Below, one piece after another: positions 1-7,638 of a DNA stretch of 17,491 bases. The stretch is from Candidatus Krumholzibacteriales bacterium. Its GTDB lineage: Bacteria > Krumholzibacteriota > Krumholzibacteriia > Krumholzibacteriales > WJIX01. The notes beneath the pieces are model-generated. The model was given only the letters and a program-made list of their open reading frames with translations. It searched no databases and was not told where the DNA came from. Both the position numbers and the translations under genes were made by a program. The stretch spans positions 1 through 17,491 of the forward strand of contig JAWODM010000033.1 in assembly GCA_046483305.1 (NCBI GenBank), in the 5' to 3' direction. Within the stretch, counting starts at the first letter, position 1. Each line of letters opens with the position of its first letter.

Positions 1-1307
1 AGGTAATCCTGCTCGGCCTCCAGCAGGGACCAGATGCTGTTGTTGTAACCGACCCAGGTGGGGTCGTACATCACAAAACTCCCGTCTTTCTTCCGGAGAG
101 CGCAGACGCAGTGATTGAACTGGTCGGCCGGAACTTCCTCTATCCTGCTTTCCGCCATGGTCATGGCGGCGTAACTGTCCATTCCGGCCGCTCTCATCAT
201 GGTTATCAGCATTCCGGCGATATCCTTGCATACCCCGCTACGCTGTTCGAATATCATGGAGCCGGGGTGGAGGGTAAACCCTTCCCCTTCTCCCATGGTC
301 TGACCGCTGTAGCGGATATTCTGGGCTGTCCAGTGAAGCAGGGCCTTGGCCTTCCGGGCTTCGGAGGCATTTCCCAGGCCCTGTTCCCTGAAAATCTCAT
401 GTACTTTATCGCGGATCGGTCCGGTGACTTCGAACTGGTCCCTGTTAACATCGAAGAACCACCTGCTCTTTGATTCCCAGTCCTTCACCGTGGCCATCAC
501 TACTTTCGGGTATATATCGCGCGCTTCCGGCTGCCTGGGTTCACGCACCCGCGGGGGCAGATCGAAACCGAACCATTCATACCTGGTAGTATCTCCGGCG
601 TAGGAGGTGCTTGAATAGAGCGGCTGATTGTATATCTCGCTGTGAAGTTTCTTTCCCGGCGGCAGTATCAGCGCGTATCTCTTCTCCAGAATAGGCGCGG
701 CGCCTGAGAACAGCACAATGTCGAAGTATTCGCCGGGCATGGGAGGAATATACTTATCATCGCTGGGTTCCTGGCCGGCTTCCAGCAGGGCGTAGGTGTA
801 CCCCTTGCGGAAGGTTTTTACCTCGATTCCGTCGTTTACCCGCAGCCGGGGCAGCTGGAGCGTCTTTATCCGGTCCCTCCAGTAAATCATCCGCTGTGGC
901 GCCGGGAGGTCTTCCACCCCTGAGATATCCACCGGTATCCTATCCCTGCCCCGGACGATATTTACCTCCCTGATCTCCACATAACTGCTCTGGGGCTCGT
1001 AGTGCCACCTGAGAACCGATCTGTTCCGGCACCCTTCCGGAGTCAGTATTTTATAGATGATGTAATTGTCGACGTAAGTCACTCCGGATGGCTTGACCCG
1101 GTTAACCGCCGAATCATATACCGTAATGTAATCGGCCCCCTCATGTTCGGCCGCCGTTCCCGCATCCTCAAGGCGGGAGAACAGATCCGGCGGCGGTTTC
1201 TCTCCAGGGGGGAGCTGGCGGTCATCGGCCAGTGTCAATTCGAAAGCGGTAAGCATTGCGGCAACAGCCGCCAGTATACAAAGCGTGACAGTAATTTTTC
1301 CAGTCAA
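1..1307 (-). CDS. Exported DUF3857 + transglutaminase-like (Cys-His-Asp) domain protein, 3' end outside the window
   Basis: Hand-translated open frame missing from the ORF track: MTGKITVTLCILAAVAAMLTAFELTLA-DDRQ... (signal-peptide-like), then ...LPRLRVNDGIEV... (DUF3857-like) and ...AQNIRYSG...EQRSGVCKDIAGML...DQFNHCVCAL...MYDPTW. Triad codons: Cys 228-230, His 111-113, Asp 63-65. TTG start (1305-1307) lies 6 nt after GGAGG (1314-1318). Confidence 0.88.
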   Translation of the reverse strand, partial: MTGKITVTLCILAAVAAMLTAFELTLADDRQLPPGEKPPPDLFSRLEDAGTAAEHEGADYITVYDSAVNRVKPSGVTYVDNYIIYKILTPEGCRNRSVLRWHYEPQSSYVEIREVNIVRGRDRIPVDISGVEDLPAPQRMIYWRDRIKTLQLPRLRVNDGIEVKTFRKGYTYALLEAGQEPSDDKYIPPMPGEYFDIVLFSGAAPILEKRYALILPPGKKLHSEIYNQPLYSSTSYAGDTTRYEWFGFDLPPRVREPRQPEARDIYPKVVMATVKDWESKSRWFFDVNRDQFEVTGPIRDKVHEIFREQGLGNASEARKAKALLHWTAQNIRYSGQTMGEGEGFTLHPGSMIFEQRSGVCKDIAGMLITMMRAAGMDSYAAMTMAESRIEEVPADQFNHCVCALRKKDGSFVMYDPTWVGYNNSIWSLLEAEQDY

Positions 1308-1408
1308 TGCTTTCCTCCATTTGTTCTGAAATCCTGTTTCCAACAAGAATCGAGACCTGTTCGATCAGCTCCTTCGGTGGTTGACCTGAGTGCTTATGAC
1401 AGCTCCGT

Positions 1409-1437
1409 ATTCTATTATATTCGGGGCGTAAGGTCAA
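1409..1437 (-). promoter_or_regulatory. Sigma70-type promoter for the transglutaminase-like gene
   Basis: Minus strand TTGACC (1432-1437), 17-nt spacer, TAGAAT (1409-1414); predicts a leader of about 95 nt. Confidence 0.6.
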
Positions 1438-1558
1438 CACCCCGGGCACTGGAGTTTTCTCAGCTGATTGATATTTTCAAGCCTTTATGAGGGCAACCTG
1501 CAGTTTATTGCGGGGGAATCGGCTGTGTTTTAAAAAGCAATCAAAAACCTCTGGTTTT

Positions 1559-1987
1559 TCAGAAATCTTCCTCTTCCAGCAGCACTTCGCCGCTGCTTCT
1601 GAACTGATCCCATAGCCGGCGGAATCTGGATAGATATATCCCGTCGAAGAGCTCCCGCTTCCCGGGAAAACTTTCCAGCACTCTCTTCCGGAATGACCGT
1701 ATGGCGATTTCCACATCCACCCTGGGCAGATCGCTGTACAGGATCTGGATGGTAATCCGGTCCGCCTCCCGCCTTATCATCTGCATCCTCTCCCAGTCCC
1801 GGGTCCGCTCTTTTTTCTTTGCTTCCCTGAATATTTCCTCCTCCAGCTCTTTCAGGCCGGGGTATTCGATAAGGTCATCCCGGTGCTCCGGAGTTATCTT
1901 TCTGCCGCAGGGGCAGATTACCTCATTGCCGAATTCAAACAGGGTTATATCAAACTGGCGCCCGCAGTCCGGGCATATTACAGCCAT
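1559..1987 (-). CDS. Hypothetical protein with N-terminal zinc ribbon (CxxC...CxC) and helical C-terminal domain, 142 aa
   Basis: MAVICPDCGRQFDITLFEFGNEVICPCG...; the ATG at 1985-1987 follows an AAGGGGG SD-like tract, so it is preferred over the track's 2068 start. Confidence 0.75.
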   Translation of the reverse strand: MAVICPDCGRQFDITLFEFGNEVICPCGRKITPEHRDDLIEYPGLKELEEEIFREAKKKERTRDWERMQMIRREADRITIQILYSDLPRVDVEIAIRSFRKRVLESFPGKRELFDGIYLSRFRRLWDQFRSSGEVLLEEEDF

Positions 1988-2137
1988 TATTTTACCCCCT
2001 TGCCCACAGGAATGGCAGATAGACACTATGTTATGATGATAACATCTCCCGCGGCCTGTTGATATCATAATCGGCTCATAACCCCCGGGGGGCGGATAAC
2101 CTTGACAGGAGATTCAGATTCTTTTAGTAATAGTTTC

Positions 2138-3043
2138 ATGCGGAAGAGAATCATGCTGATAGGGTCCGACAGTTTCATAGCCAGGAGTTTCGCCAGGGAA
2201 AAGGCCGGCGTTTTCGATATCGCGGGGGCTTCCCTCAAGCCGACCGCCCTGGGGCATGAGCTGGTAGTGGACGACCTGTTCAAGCTTTCAGGCTCGGATT
2301 TCAGGGGAGCGGGCTCGGTGATTAATTTCGCCGCCATAGTTCACCGCCCGGAAATCACCGGGGAGAGCGTATACGAACGGGCAAACTATCAGCTTCCGCT
2401 TCACCTGGCCGAAGCGGCGGCGGAAGGGGGAGCGGAGCATTTTGTCCAGATGAGTACGGTTGCGGTGTACGGTGGAGCTGAGGACATATCCCTCTCCACC
2501 CCCTGCGCGCCTGAATCGCCTTACGGAAGGTCCAAACTGAAGGCGGATGAAGCCCTGCTCGGCAATCAGAGCGATGATTTTACTGTTTCGGTGGTCCGTC
2601 CATCCATGGTCTACGGCGGCGGGGCGGCTCCCGGCAACATGATGAAGTTGATAAGACTGTGCGACCTCCCGGTTCCTCTTCCGCTGAGGCGCACAGGTAA
2701 CAGCCGGCAGTTCGCCTACTGCGGCCTGGTCGCCGACGCCCTGGAAAAGATCGTCTCAAAGAGGGCGGGAGGCGTTTTCCTGGTTGCCGACCGGGAACCG
2801 GTCTCCACGGAGAAACTGGCTGAAATTATCAGGGCGGCTCTTGGAAGGCCCGGGATGCTGTTCGGGTTACCCGCTCCGCTGAGAAGGCTTCTGGAGAAGC
2901 TCAAACCCTCGCTGTATCAGAAACTGTTCGGGTCTCTTCGAATAGATATAGATGAGACATTCCGGAAGCTGGACCTGGAAAGCTCTCCGTCTGATATGGA
3001 AAAGGGTATAGCGGAGATGGTTGAAGCTTACCGTCTGTTCTGA
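2138..3043 (+). CDS. NAD-dependent epimerase/dehydratase (extended SDR family)
   Basis: N-terminal RIMLIGSDSFIA (variant Rossmann loop), NFAAIVH, FVQMSTVAVYG, catalytic YGRSK (YxxxK), VRPSMVYG. ATG 2138 is preferred over the track's TTG 2102. Confidence 0.9.
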   Translation: MRKRIMLIGSDSFIARSFAREKAGVFDIAGASLKPTALGHELVVDDLFKLSGSDFRGAGSVINFAAIVHRPEITGESVYERANYQLPLHLAEAAAEGGAEHFVQMSTVAVYGGAEDISLSTPCAPESPYGRSKLKADEALLGNQSDDFTVSVVRPSMVYGGGAAPGNMMKLIRLCDLPVPLPLRRTGNSRQFAYCGLVADALEKIVSKRAGGVFLVADREPVSTEKLAEIIRAALGRPGMLFGLPAPLRRLLEKLKPSLYQKLFGSLRIDIDETFRKLDLESSPSDMEKGIAEMVEAYRLF

Positions 3044-3074
3044 TTCGCGGCCCTGCCTGTTCCCCCGTGCCTGT

Positions 3075-5096
3075 CTATTCTTCCTTCAGGTACCTCTCCA
3101 GCCAGCGGTGTATCTCCATCCACCAGCGGACATTGTTCTGGGGTGACGAGATAACATGCCCTTCATCCGGGAATACCACCAGTCTGGACTCGATCCCCTG
3201 TCTCCGCAGGGCGGTAAACAGCTGCAGGGATTCAGCGAAAGGCACTCTGAAATCCTTCTGCCCGTGTGTGATCAGGGCCGGCGTGCCGAATTTGCCGGCA
3301 AACCTGTGAGGGGACCACTTATGATACAGCTCCGGCTCTTCCCAGGGAGATTTCCCCATATCCCACTCCGGGAACCACAGCTCCTCGGTGGCGCCGTAAA
3401 AGCTGGTCAGGTTGTATAGCCCGGCATGGCTTACCAGGCAATCAAACCTCCCGGTCTGTCCCATTATCCAGTTTACCGAGTAACCGCCGAAAGAGCCCCC
3501 GATCGCCGCCAGGCGTTCCCCATCCACGAATTCGTAATTTTCCAGGACGTAATCCAGCCCCGCCATCAGGTCCCGGTAGCACCGGCCCCCGTAGTCTCTG
3601 CTTACCTGTTCCCTGAACTCGGAACCGTACCCGGCGCTTCCGCGGGGGTTGATGAAGATGCCCACATATCCGGGCGAGCAGACCAGCTGGAAGGTAAACC
3701 AGCTGGACATGAACCGGTCAGCCCACATCCCCTGGGGGCCTCCGTGGATGGTCAGGACCGCGGGGTATTCCCGGCCGGGGTCGAATTGCGGCGGTTTCTG
3801 AATGAAGCCGTGAACCTCGGTGCCTTCGGCGCCGGTAAAGGTGAATTCCTCCAGCGGGGGCAAATTCAGTCCGGCCAGAACCTCTCTGTTGATTTCAGTC
3901 AGCCGCCTGGCTTTCCCTCCCGCCGCCGGTATGGCAAAGAGCTCGGTGGGGGCGCTGTTATCGGACCTGGTATAGATTATGGTTCTGCCGCCGGGAGTGA
4001 TATCAGGCGATCCGTTGTATCCGGTATCCGACAATCTGGTTACCTCTCCCTCCAGGTTTACCCGGTAGAGAGACCTTCTTCCCCGGTCCCGGGCGGTAAA
4101 GAAGAGCCGCTTTCCATCAGGGCCCCAGATTATCTGTCCGGGCGAGCGGTCCAGGCCTTCGGTAAGGACCTTTTTTTCAGAACTGTTCCTGTCGTATACA
4201 ACCAGCCGCCTCCGGTCCGATTCGTAGCCGGGCTTTTCCATGGCGGTGTAGGCTATATACCTGCCGCAGGGGGAGTAATGGCATTCGCTGTCCAGCGCCG
4301 GATTTTCGGTTATCTGCTTTTCCTTGAGGATTTCCGTGTCGATAACAAAGAGGTCGTGATCCGTTCCCGCCGCTGGAATGGGGTCGGTATTCCTGATATA
4401 GCAGACCTCTTTCCCGTCGGGAGATATATCGAAGTCATGGCCGCTGGCCAGCGATACCGGCGGAATATCCATATCGCCGGGGGTCAGGTCTCTCATCGAG
4501 CCGGTCCCCGCATCCACCAGGAAGAGATGGTTTCTCTTATCCCCCAGCCATCTGTTCCACTGGCGGAACAGTAGATGGTCTATGGTTCTGGCCTCGCATT
4601 CCGGGAGCTTCTCCTCTGTCCAGTTCTCCCGGTTCTCCTTCCCCTCCGGGATAACCCTGGAGCCGCAGATAATATACTTTCCGTCATCTGACCAGGAGGG
4701 TGAATAAATATCGGTTTCGGATTCGGTTAACTTTCTCGCTTCGCCCCCCTCTACTGAAATAATGTAGATATTCGCGGTTCCATCCCTGCCGGAAATGAAA
4801 GCGATGGAACTGCCGTCCGGCGACCACCGGGGAGAGTGGTCCGCCTCCGGGCTTCTGGTCAGCTGGCGGGGCTTGCCCCCTTTGAGCGGCATGATCCAGA
4901 TATCGCTGTTCATGCTGTTACTCTCCAGGTCGGGGTCATATATGGTATAGGCAACCATCTCTCCGCCGGGCGAGACCCTGGGGTCGGCCGGGTATCTGAA
5001 TCTGTAGAGGTCCTCCGGTGTCACCGGCCGCTTCTCGGCCGCGCATAAACTCGAAAGTAATACTATTATGAGAATTGTAGCTGAAATTCTTTTCAT
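3075..5096 (-). CDS. Exported S9 family (prolyl oligopeptidase/acylaminoacyl/dipeptidyl) serine peptidase with TolB/PD40-like beta-propeller
   Basis: Signal peptide MKRISATILIIVLLSSLCAA; repeated WSPDG-type blades; IHGGPQ; nucleophile GGSFGG; HGQKDFRV (Asp); FPDEGH (His). AGGAG SD at 5105-5109 favours ATG 5096. Confidence 0.95.
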   Translation of the reverse strand: MKRISATILIIVLLSSLCAAEKRPVTPEDLYRFRYPADPRVSPGGEMVAYTIYDPDLESNSMNSDIWIMPLKGGKPRQLTRSPEADHSPRWSPDGSSIAFISGRDGTANIYIISVEGGEARKLTESETDIYSPSWSDDGKYIICGSRVIPEGKENRENWTEEKLPECEARTIDHLLFRQWNRWLGDKRNHLFLVDAGTGSMRDLTPGDMDIPPVSLASGHDFDISPDGKEVCYIRNTDPIPAAGTDHDLFVIDTEILKEKQITENPALDSECHYSPCGRYIAYTAMEKPGYESDRRRLVVYDRNSSEKKVLTEGLDRSPGQIIWGPDGKRLFFTARDRGRRSLYRVNLEGEVTRLSDTGYNGSPDITPGGRTIIYTRSDNSAPTELFAIPAAGGKARRLTEINREVLAGLNLPPLEEFTFTGAEGTEVHGFIQKPPQFDPGREYPAVLTIHGGPQGMWADRFMSSWFTFQLVCSPGYVGIFINPRGSAGYGSEFREQVSRDYGGRCYRDLMAGLDYVLENYEFVDGERLAAIGGSFGGYSVNWIMGQTGRFDCLVSHAGLYNLTSFYGATEELWFPEWDMGKSPWEEPELYHKWSPHRFAGKFGTPALITHGQKDFRVPFAESLQLFTALRRQGIESRLVVFPDEGHVISSPQNNVRWWMEIHRWLERYLKEE

Positions 5097-5138
5097 GGCT
5101 ATCACTCCTGTCCGGGGTTCATTGAATACCGTTTACCG

Positions 5139-5167
5139 ATATTAGCTTCGATCGGAATAATTTGCAA
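5139..5167 (-). promoter_or_regulatory. Sigma70-type promoter for the S9 peptidase
   Basis: Minus strand TTGCAA (5162-5167), 17-nt spacer, TAATAT (5139-5144). Confidence 0.5.
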
Positions 5168-5238
5168 TACAGAGTTGGGATTCTGGAATGTAAGGTAATA
5201 AAAGTGGCAGATTACTTACCGCCAACAGTGGAGGTTCA

Positions 5239-5805
5239 TTAATTTTCTGAAAGGGAATCGGCCCTGCAACTGTTTTCGTCCATTTTGTCAATACCGGCAT
5301 CTTCCTTAAGAGATTTTATATCCATATCCTCGACCCATCCCGTCAGATTCGCCCATATTCGGTGGTATCCGAATCCCCCTTCGGTCATCTCCCGGATCGC
5401 TTCTCTCTTTGTCCAGCCCTGGACAGCGATCCGGTACAGGGCGCACATTGCGCCGGTCCGGTCGGCTCCATCCATACAGTGAACCAGAACGGGGGCGCTC
5501 TCCGGATCTGTGGCTACCCGCAGAAACCGAACCGCCTCTTTGCGCTCAGGGTGCCATGGTTTCATGTAGATGTGTACATATCCCAGGCTGGTTGATCCTA
5601 TTTCATCCCTGTCAGAATGGAAAGAGCGGAGATTGACAATCGTTTCTATACCGATATCCCTGAGATTCCGCATTCCCTCGCCGGATGGCTGAGCGCTCCG
5701 GTACAGGGAGGGACTGACCCGGTAAAGATTGGGAACGCCATCCAGTTTGACAGGCCGGGCCCGGCGCGCAGGCTTTTCGGCCGAAGATTGACCTGCCTGC
5801 GCCAT
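5239..5805 (-). CDS. Protein-tyrosine/dual-specificity (PTP-like, Siw14-type) phosphatase; true start may be upstream at 5871 (ATT)
   Basis: NLYRV...LYRSAQP, GIETIVNLR, P-loop PVLVHCMDGADRTG (HCx5R), and QGWTKREAIREM. Confidence 0.88.
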   Translation of the reverse strand: MAQAGQSSAEKPARRARPVKLDGVPNLYRVSPSLYRSAQPSGEGMRNLRDIGIETIVNLRSFHSDRDEIGSTSLGYVHIYMKPWHPERKEAVRFLRVATDPESAPVLVHCMDGADRTGAMCALYRIAVQGWTKREAIREMTEGGFGYHRIWANLTGWVEDMDIKSLKEDAGIDKMDENSCRADSLSEN

Positions 5806-6028
5806 GCTCAGGATACAGATTATGAACAGAGTGAGATCCGGCCGTAAATTATATTGCCCGGTTAATTTAATGGTTTTCCTTTGCCCTGTTGAAACTGCAA
5901 CAGTGGTATTTTATCACCATAAAACTTATCTGCAAAAAGATACAGGTATACTTCTCCTGTCCTGAAGCTGTTTTGGCGATTAAATATCGCCAGTGGATTA
6001 TTGTACCTGCAAAAACAGGGAGGATGCA

Positions 6029-6550
6029 ATGAGATTTATTAAATCAGGATTTACCGGAATATTCCTGATAACTCTGGCTGCCCTTCTCTGCTCCTGCCAG
6101 CCGGACAGTTCTGAGGATATCCGGACCGGCAATGTTATCTTCATCCATCCTGACGGGAGCGGTCCTTCCATGTGGACTGCCATGAGGATATATTATTACG
6201 GCCCGGACAGCCTTTCCGGCTGGGAAAGAATGGAGGGGATGGGGCTGTACCGTTCTCATGCCCTCAACTCCACCAACAGCAGTTCCCGTGCGGGGGCAAC
6301 CATTCATTCCCATGGAGTTAAAGTCAGATTCAACAGCTACGGCAGCTGCGCGGAAAAGCCGGTCAGGGCGCTTTCCGGAAAGGATTGCAGTATAATGACC
6401 GAAGCGCGCAAGGCGTGTATTTCAACGGCCCTTATCAACAGCGGGCATATATGCGAACCGGGCGCCGGAGTGTTCGTGGCCGGGTCCGAGAGAAGGTCCA
6501 ACGAAAGATACAGCGCTGATATTGTTGATAATATTCCACGGGGTTGCTGA
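6029..6550 (+). pseudogene. Truncated lipoprotein alkaline phosphatase (N-terminal third only)
   Basis: GGAGG SD then ATG 6029; lipobox-like LLCSC; GNVIFIHPDG (first metal-ligand Asp motif of AP); SSSRAGAT (phospho-Ser region); GVKV; INSGHICEPG. Stops after 173 aa, whereas AP enzymes are typically about 450 aa or longer, and only 54 nt separate it from the convergent mscS. Confidence 0.75.
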
Positions 6551-6551
6551 G

Positions 6552-6578
6552 CCCGGAATATTATTTCGCTGTTCCGGG
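6552..6578. terminator. Stem-loop between convergent AP fragment and mscS; possible terminator
   Basis: CCCGGAA (6552-6558) pairs with TTCCGGG (6572-6578), extendable by A-U and U-G/G-U pairs; no clear U-tract on either side. Confidence 0.35.
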
Positions 6579-6604
6579 AGCCTTACTGGGTCTCAATGTG
6601 CCTC

Positions 6605-7423
6605 TTACACCTCCCGGTGCAGGTGAACATCCTGCTGAGGATAAGGTATTGTTATATCTTCCTCGTCGAAGGCCAGCTTGACCTTCTCGTGCATATCAAA
6701 GTATATTCCCCAGTAATCCTCCGTCTTGCACCAGGGCCTGACGAAGAGGTTTACCGAGCTGTCCCCGTGCTCTGAGACCACTATCATGGGAGCGGGGTCC
6801 TTGAGGATTCTCTCGTCAGAATCGACCAGCCGGTGGAGTACGCTCTTGACCTTTGCGATATCGTCGTCGTAACCTATCCCGAATGTCATATCCACGCGCC
6901 GGATAGGCTCTGCGGTGTAGTTGGTGATACTTTCACCGCTTACCGCCCCATTGGGGATGATTATTGTCCTGTTGTCGAATGTTTTGATAATAGTGTTGAA
7001 GATCCTGATCTCTTCGACCTTTCCGGTATAACCCTGTGTTTCGATGACATCGCCTATCTTGAAAGGCTTGAACAGCAGTATCATCACCCCTCCGGCGAAG
7101 TTGGAGAGCGACCCCTGAAGGGCAAACCCGAGAGCCAGCCCGGCCGCTCCCAGCACCACCACGAATGAGGTGGTCTTTACCCCCACCATCGATATCACGC
7201 TTATGAACAGCATCGCCTTCAAAGTGATACCGATCAGCCGGACCAGGAATTTCTGCAGTGAAAGGTCGTACTCATACCTGAGCATTGCCTTTTCCACCAT
7301 CCTGGAGATGATTCTGATTACCCACAGCCCCACGATCAGTACCACTATCGCCAGGACCAGTTTGGACCCGTACGACATCAGCATCTCCATTCCCTTTTCA
7401 AAGTATACAGAAGAAGATTCCAC
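6605..7423 (-). CDS. mscS: Small-conductance mechanosensitive channel
   Basis: Three TM segments; LGAAGLALGFALQGSLSNFAGG, KPFKIGDVI, GKVEEIRIFNT, IPNG, RRVDMTFGIGY, ITIPYPQQDVHL. The GTG at 7421-7423 is 5 nt after AGGAGG, giving 272 aa. Confidence 0.95.
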   Translation of the reverse strand: MESSSVYFEKGMEMLMSYGSKLVLAIVVLIVGLWVIRIISRMVEKAMLRYEYDLSLQKFLVRLIGITLKAMLFISVISMVGVKTTSFVVVLGAAGLALGFALQGSLSNFAGGVMILLFKPFKIGDVIETQGYTGKVEEIRIFNTIIKTFDNRTIIIPNGAVSGESITNYTAEPIRRVDMTFGIGYDDDIAKVKSVLHRLVDSDERILKDPAPMIVVSEHGDSSVNLFVRPWCKTEDYWGIYFDMHEKVKLAFDEEDITIPYPQQDVHLHREV

Positions 7424-7638
7424 CGCGCCCTCCTTTGTTGATTTTAAACAACCGATTTCCCATTGATAGAGAACCCAGAGTATGATACATATGCCGGGTA
7501 TTATACCAGTATGGTTGCCGGCAGGCAATATATTAAACAGATGGACAGATGGAGCTGAAGATTATTAATATACTTGAAAGGTATAATTAATCAGTTAGAT
7601 TTAATTACAGTAACTGTTCTTTAACCCGGGGAGGAAAA

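Noticed and set aside
1360..1395. Intact glycine riboswitch
   Set aside because: CTCAGG precedes CACCGAAGGAG by only a few nt, there is no GGAGA P1/P2 junction and no CTCT partner downstream, so it was not called as a feature.
111..1490. Track ORFs 111-473, 346-603, 1002-1490 (+) and 254-451, 1222-1449 (-)
   Set aside because: They overlap the real minus-strand transglutaminase-like frame and its promoter, and have no motifs.
3426..4574. 382-aa + strand ORF
   Set aside because: Entirely antisense to the well-supported S9 peptidase, with no recognisable motifs; a typical shadow ORF of GC-rich codon usage.
6542..6580. Gly-Cys-TGA followed immediately by a hairpin, resembling a selenocysteine codon plus SECIS
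   Set aside because: Readthrough gives ARNIISLFREPYW..., which does not restore alkaline phosphatase similarity and runs antisense into mscS. The hairpin is better explained as a convergent-gene terminator.
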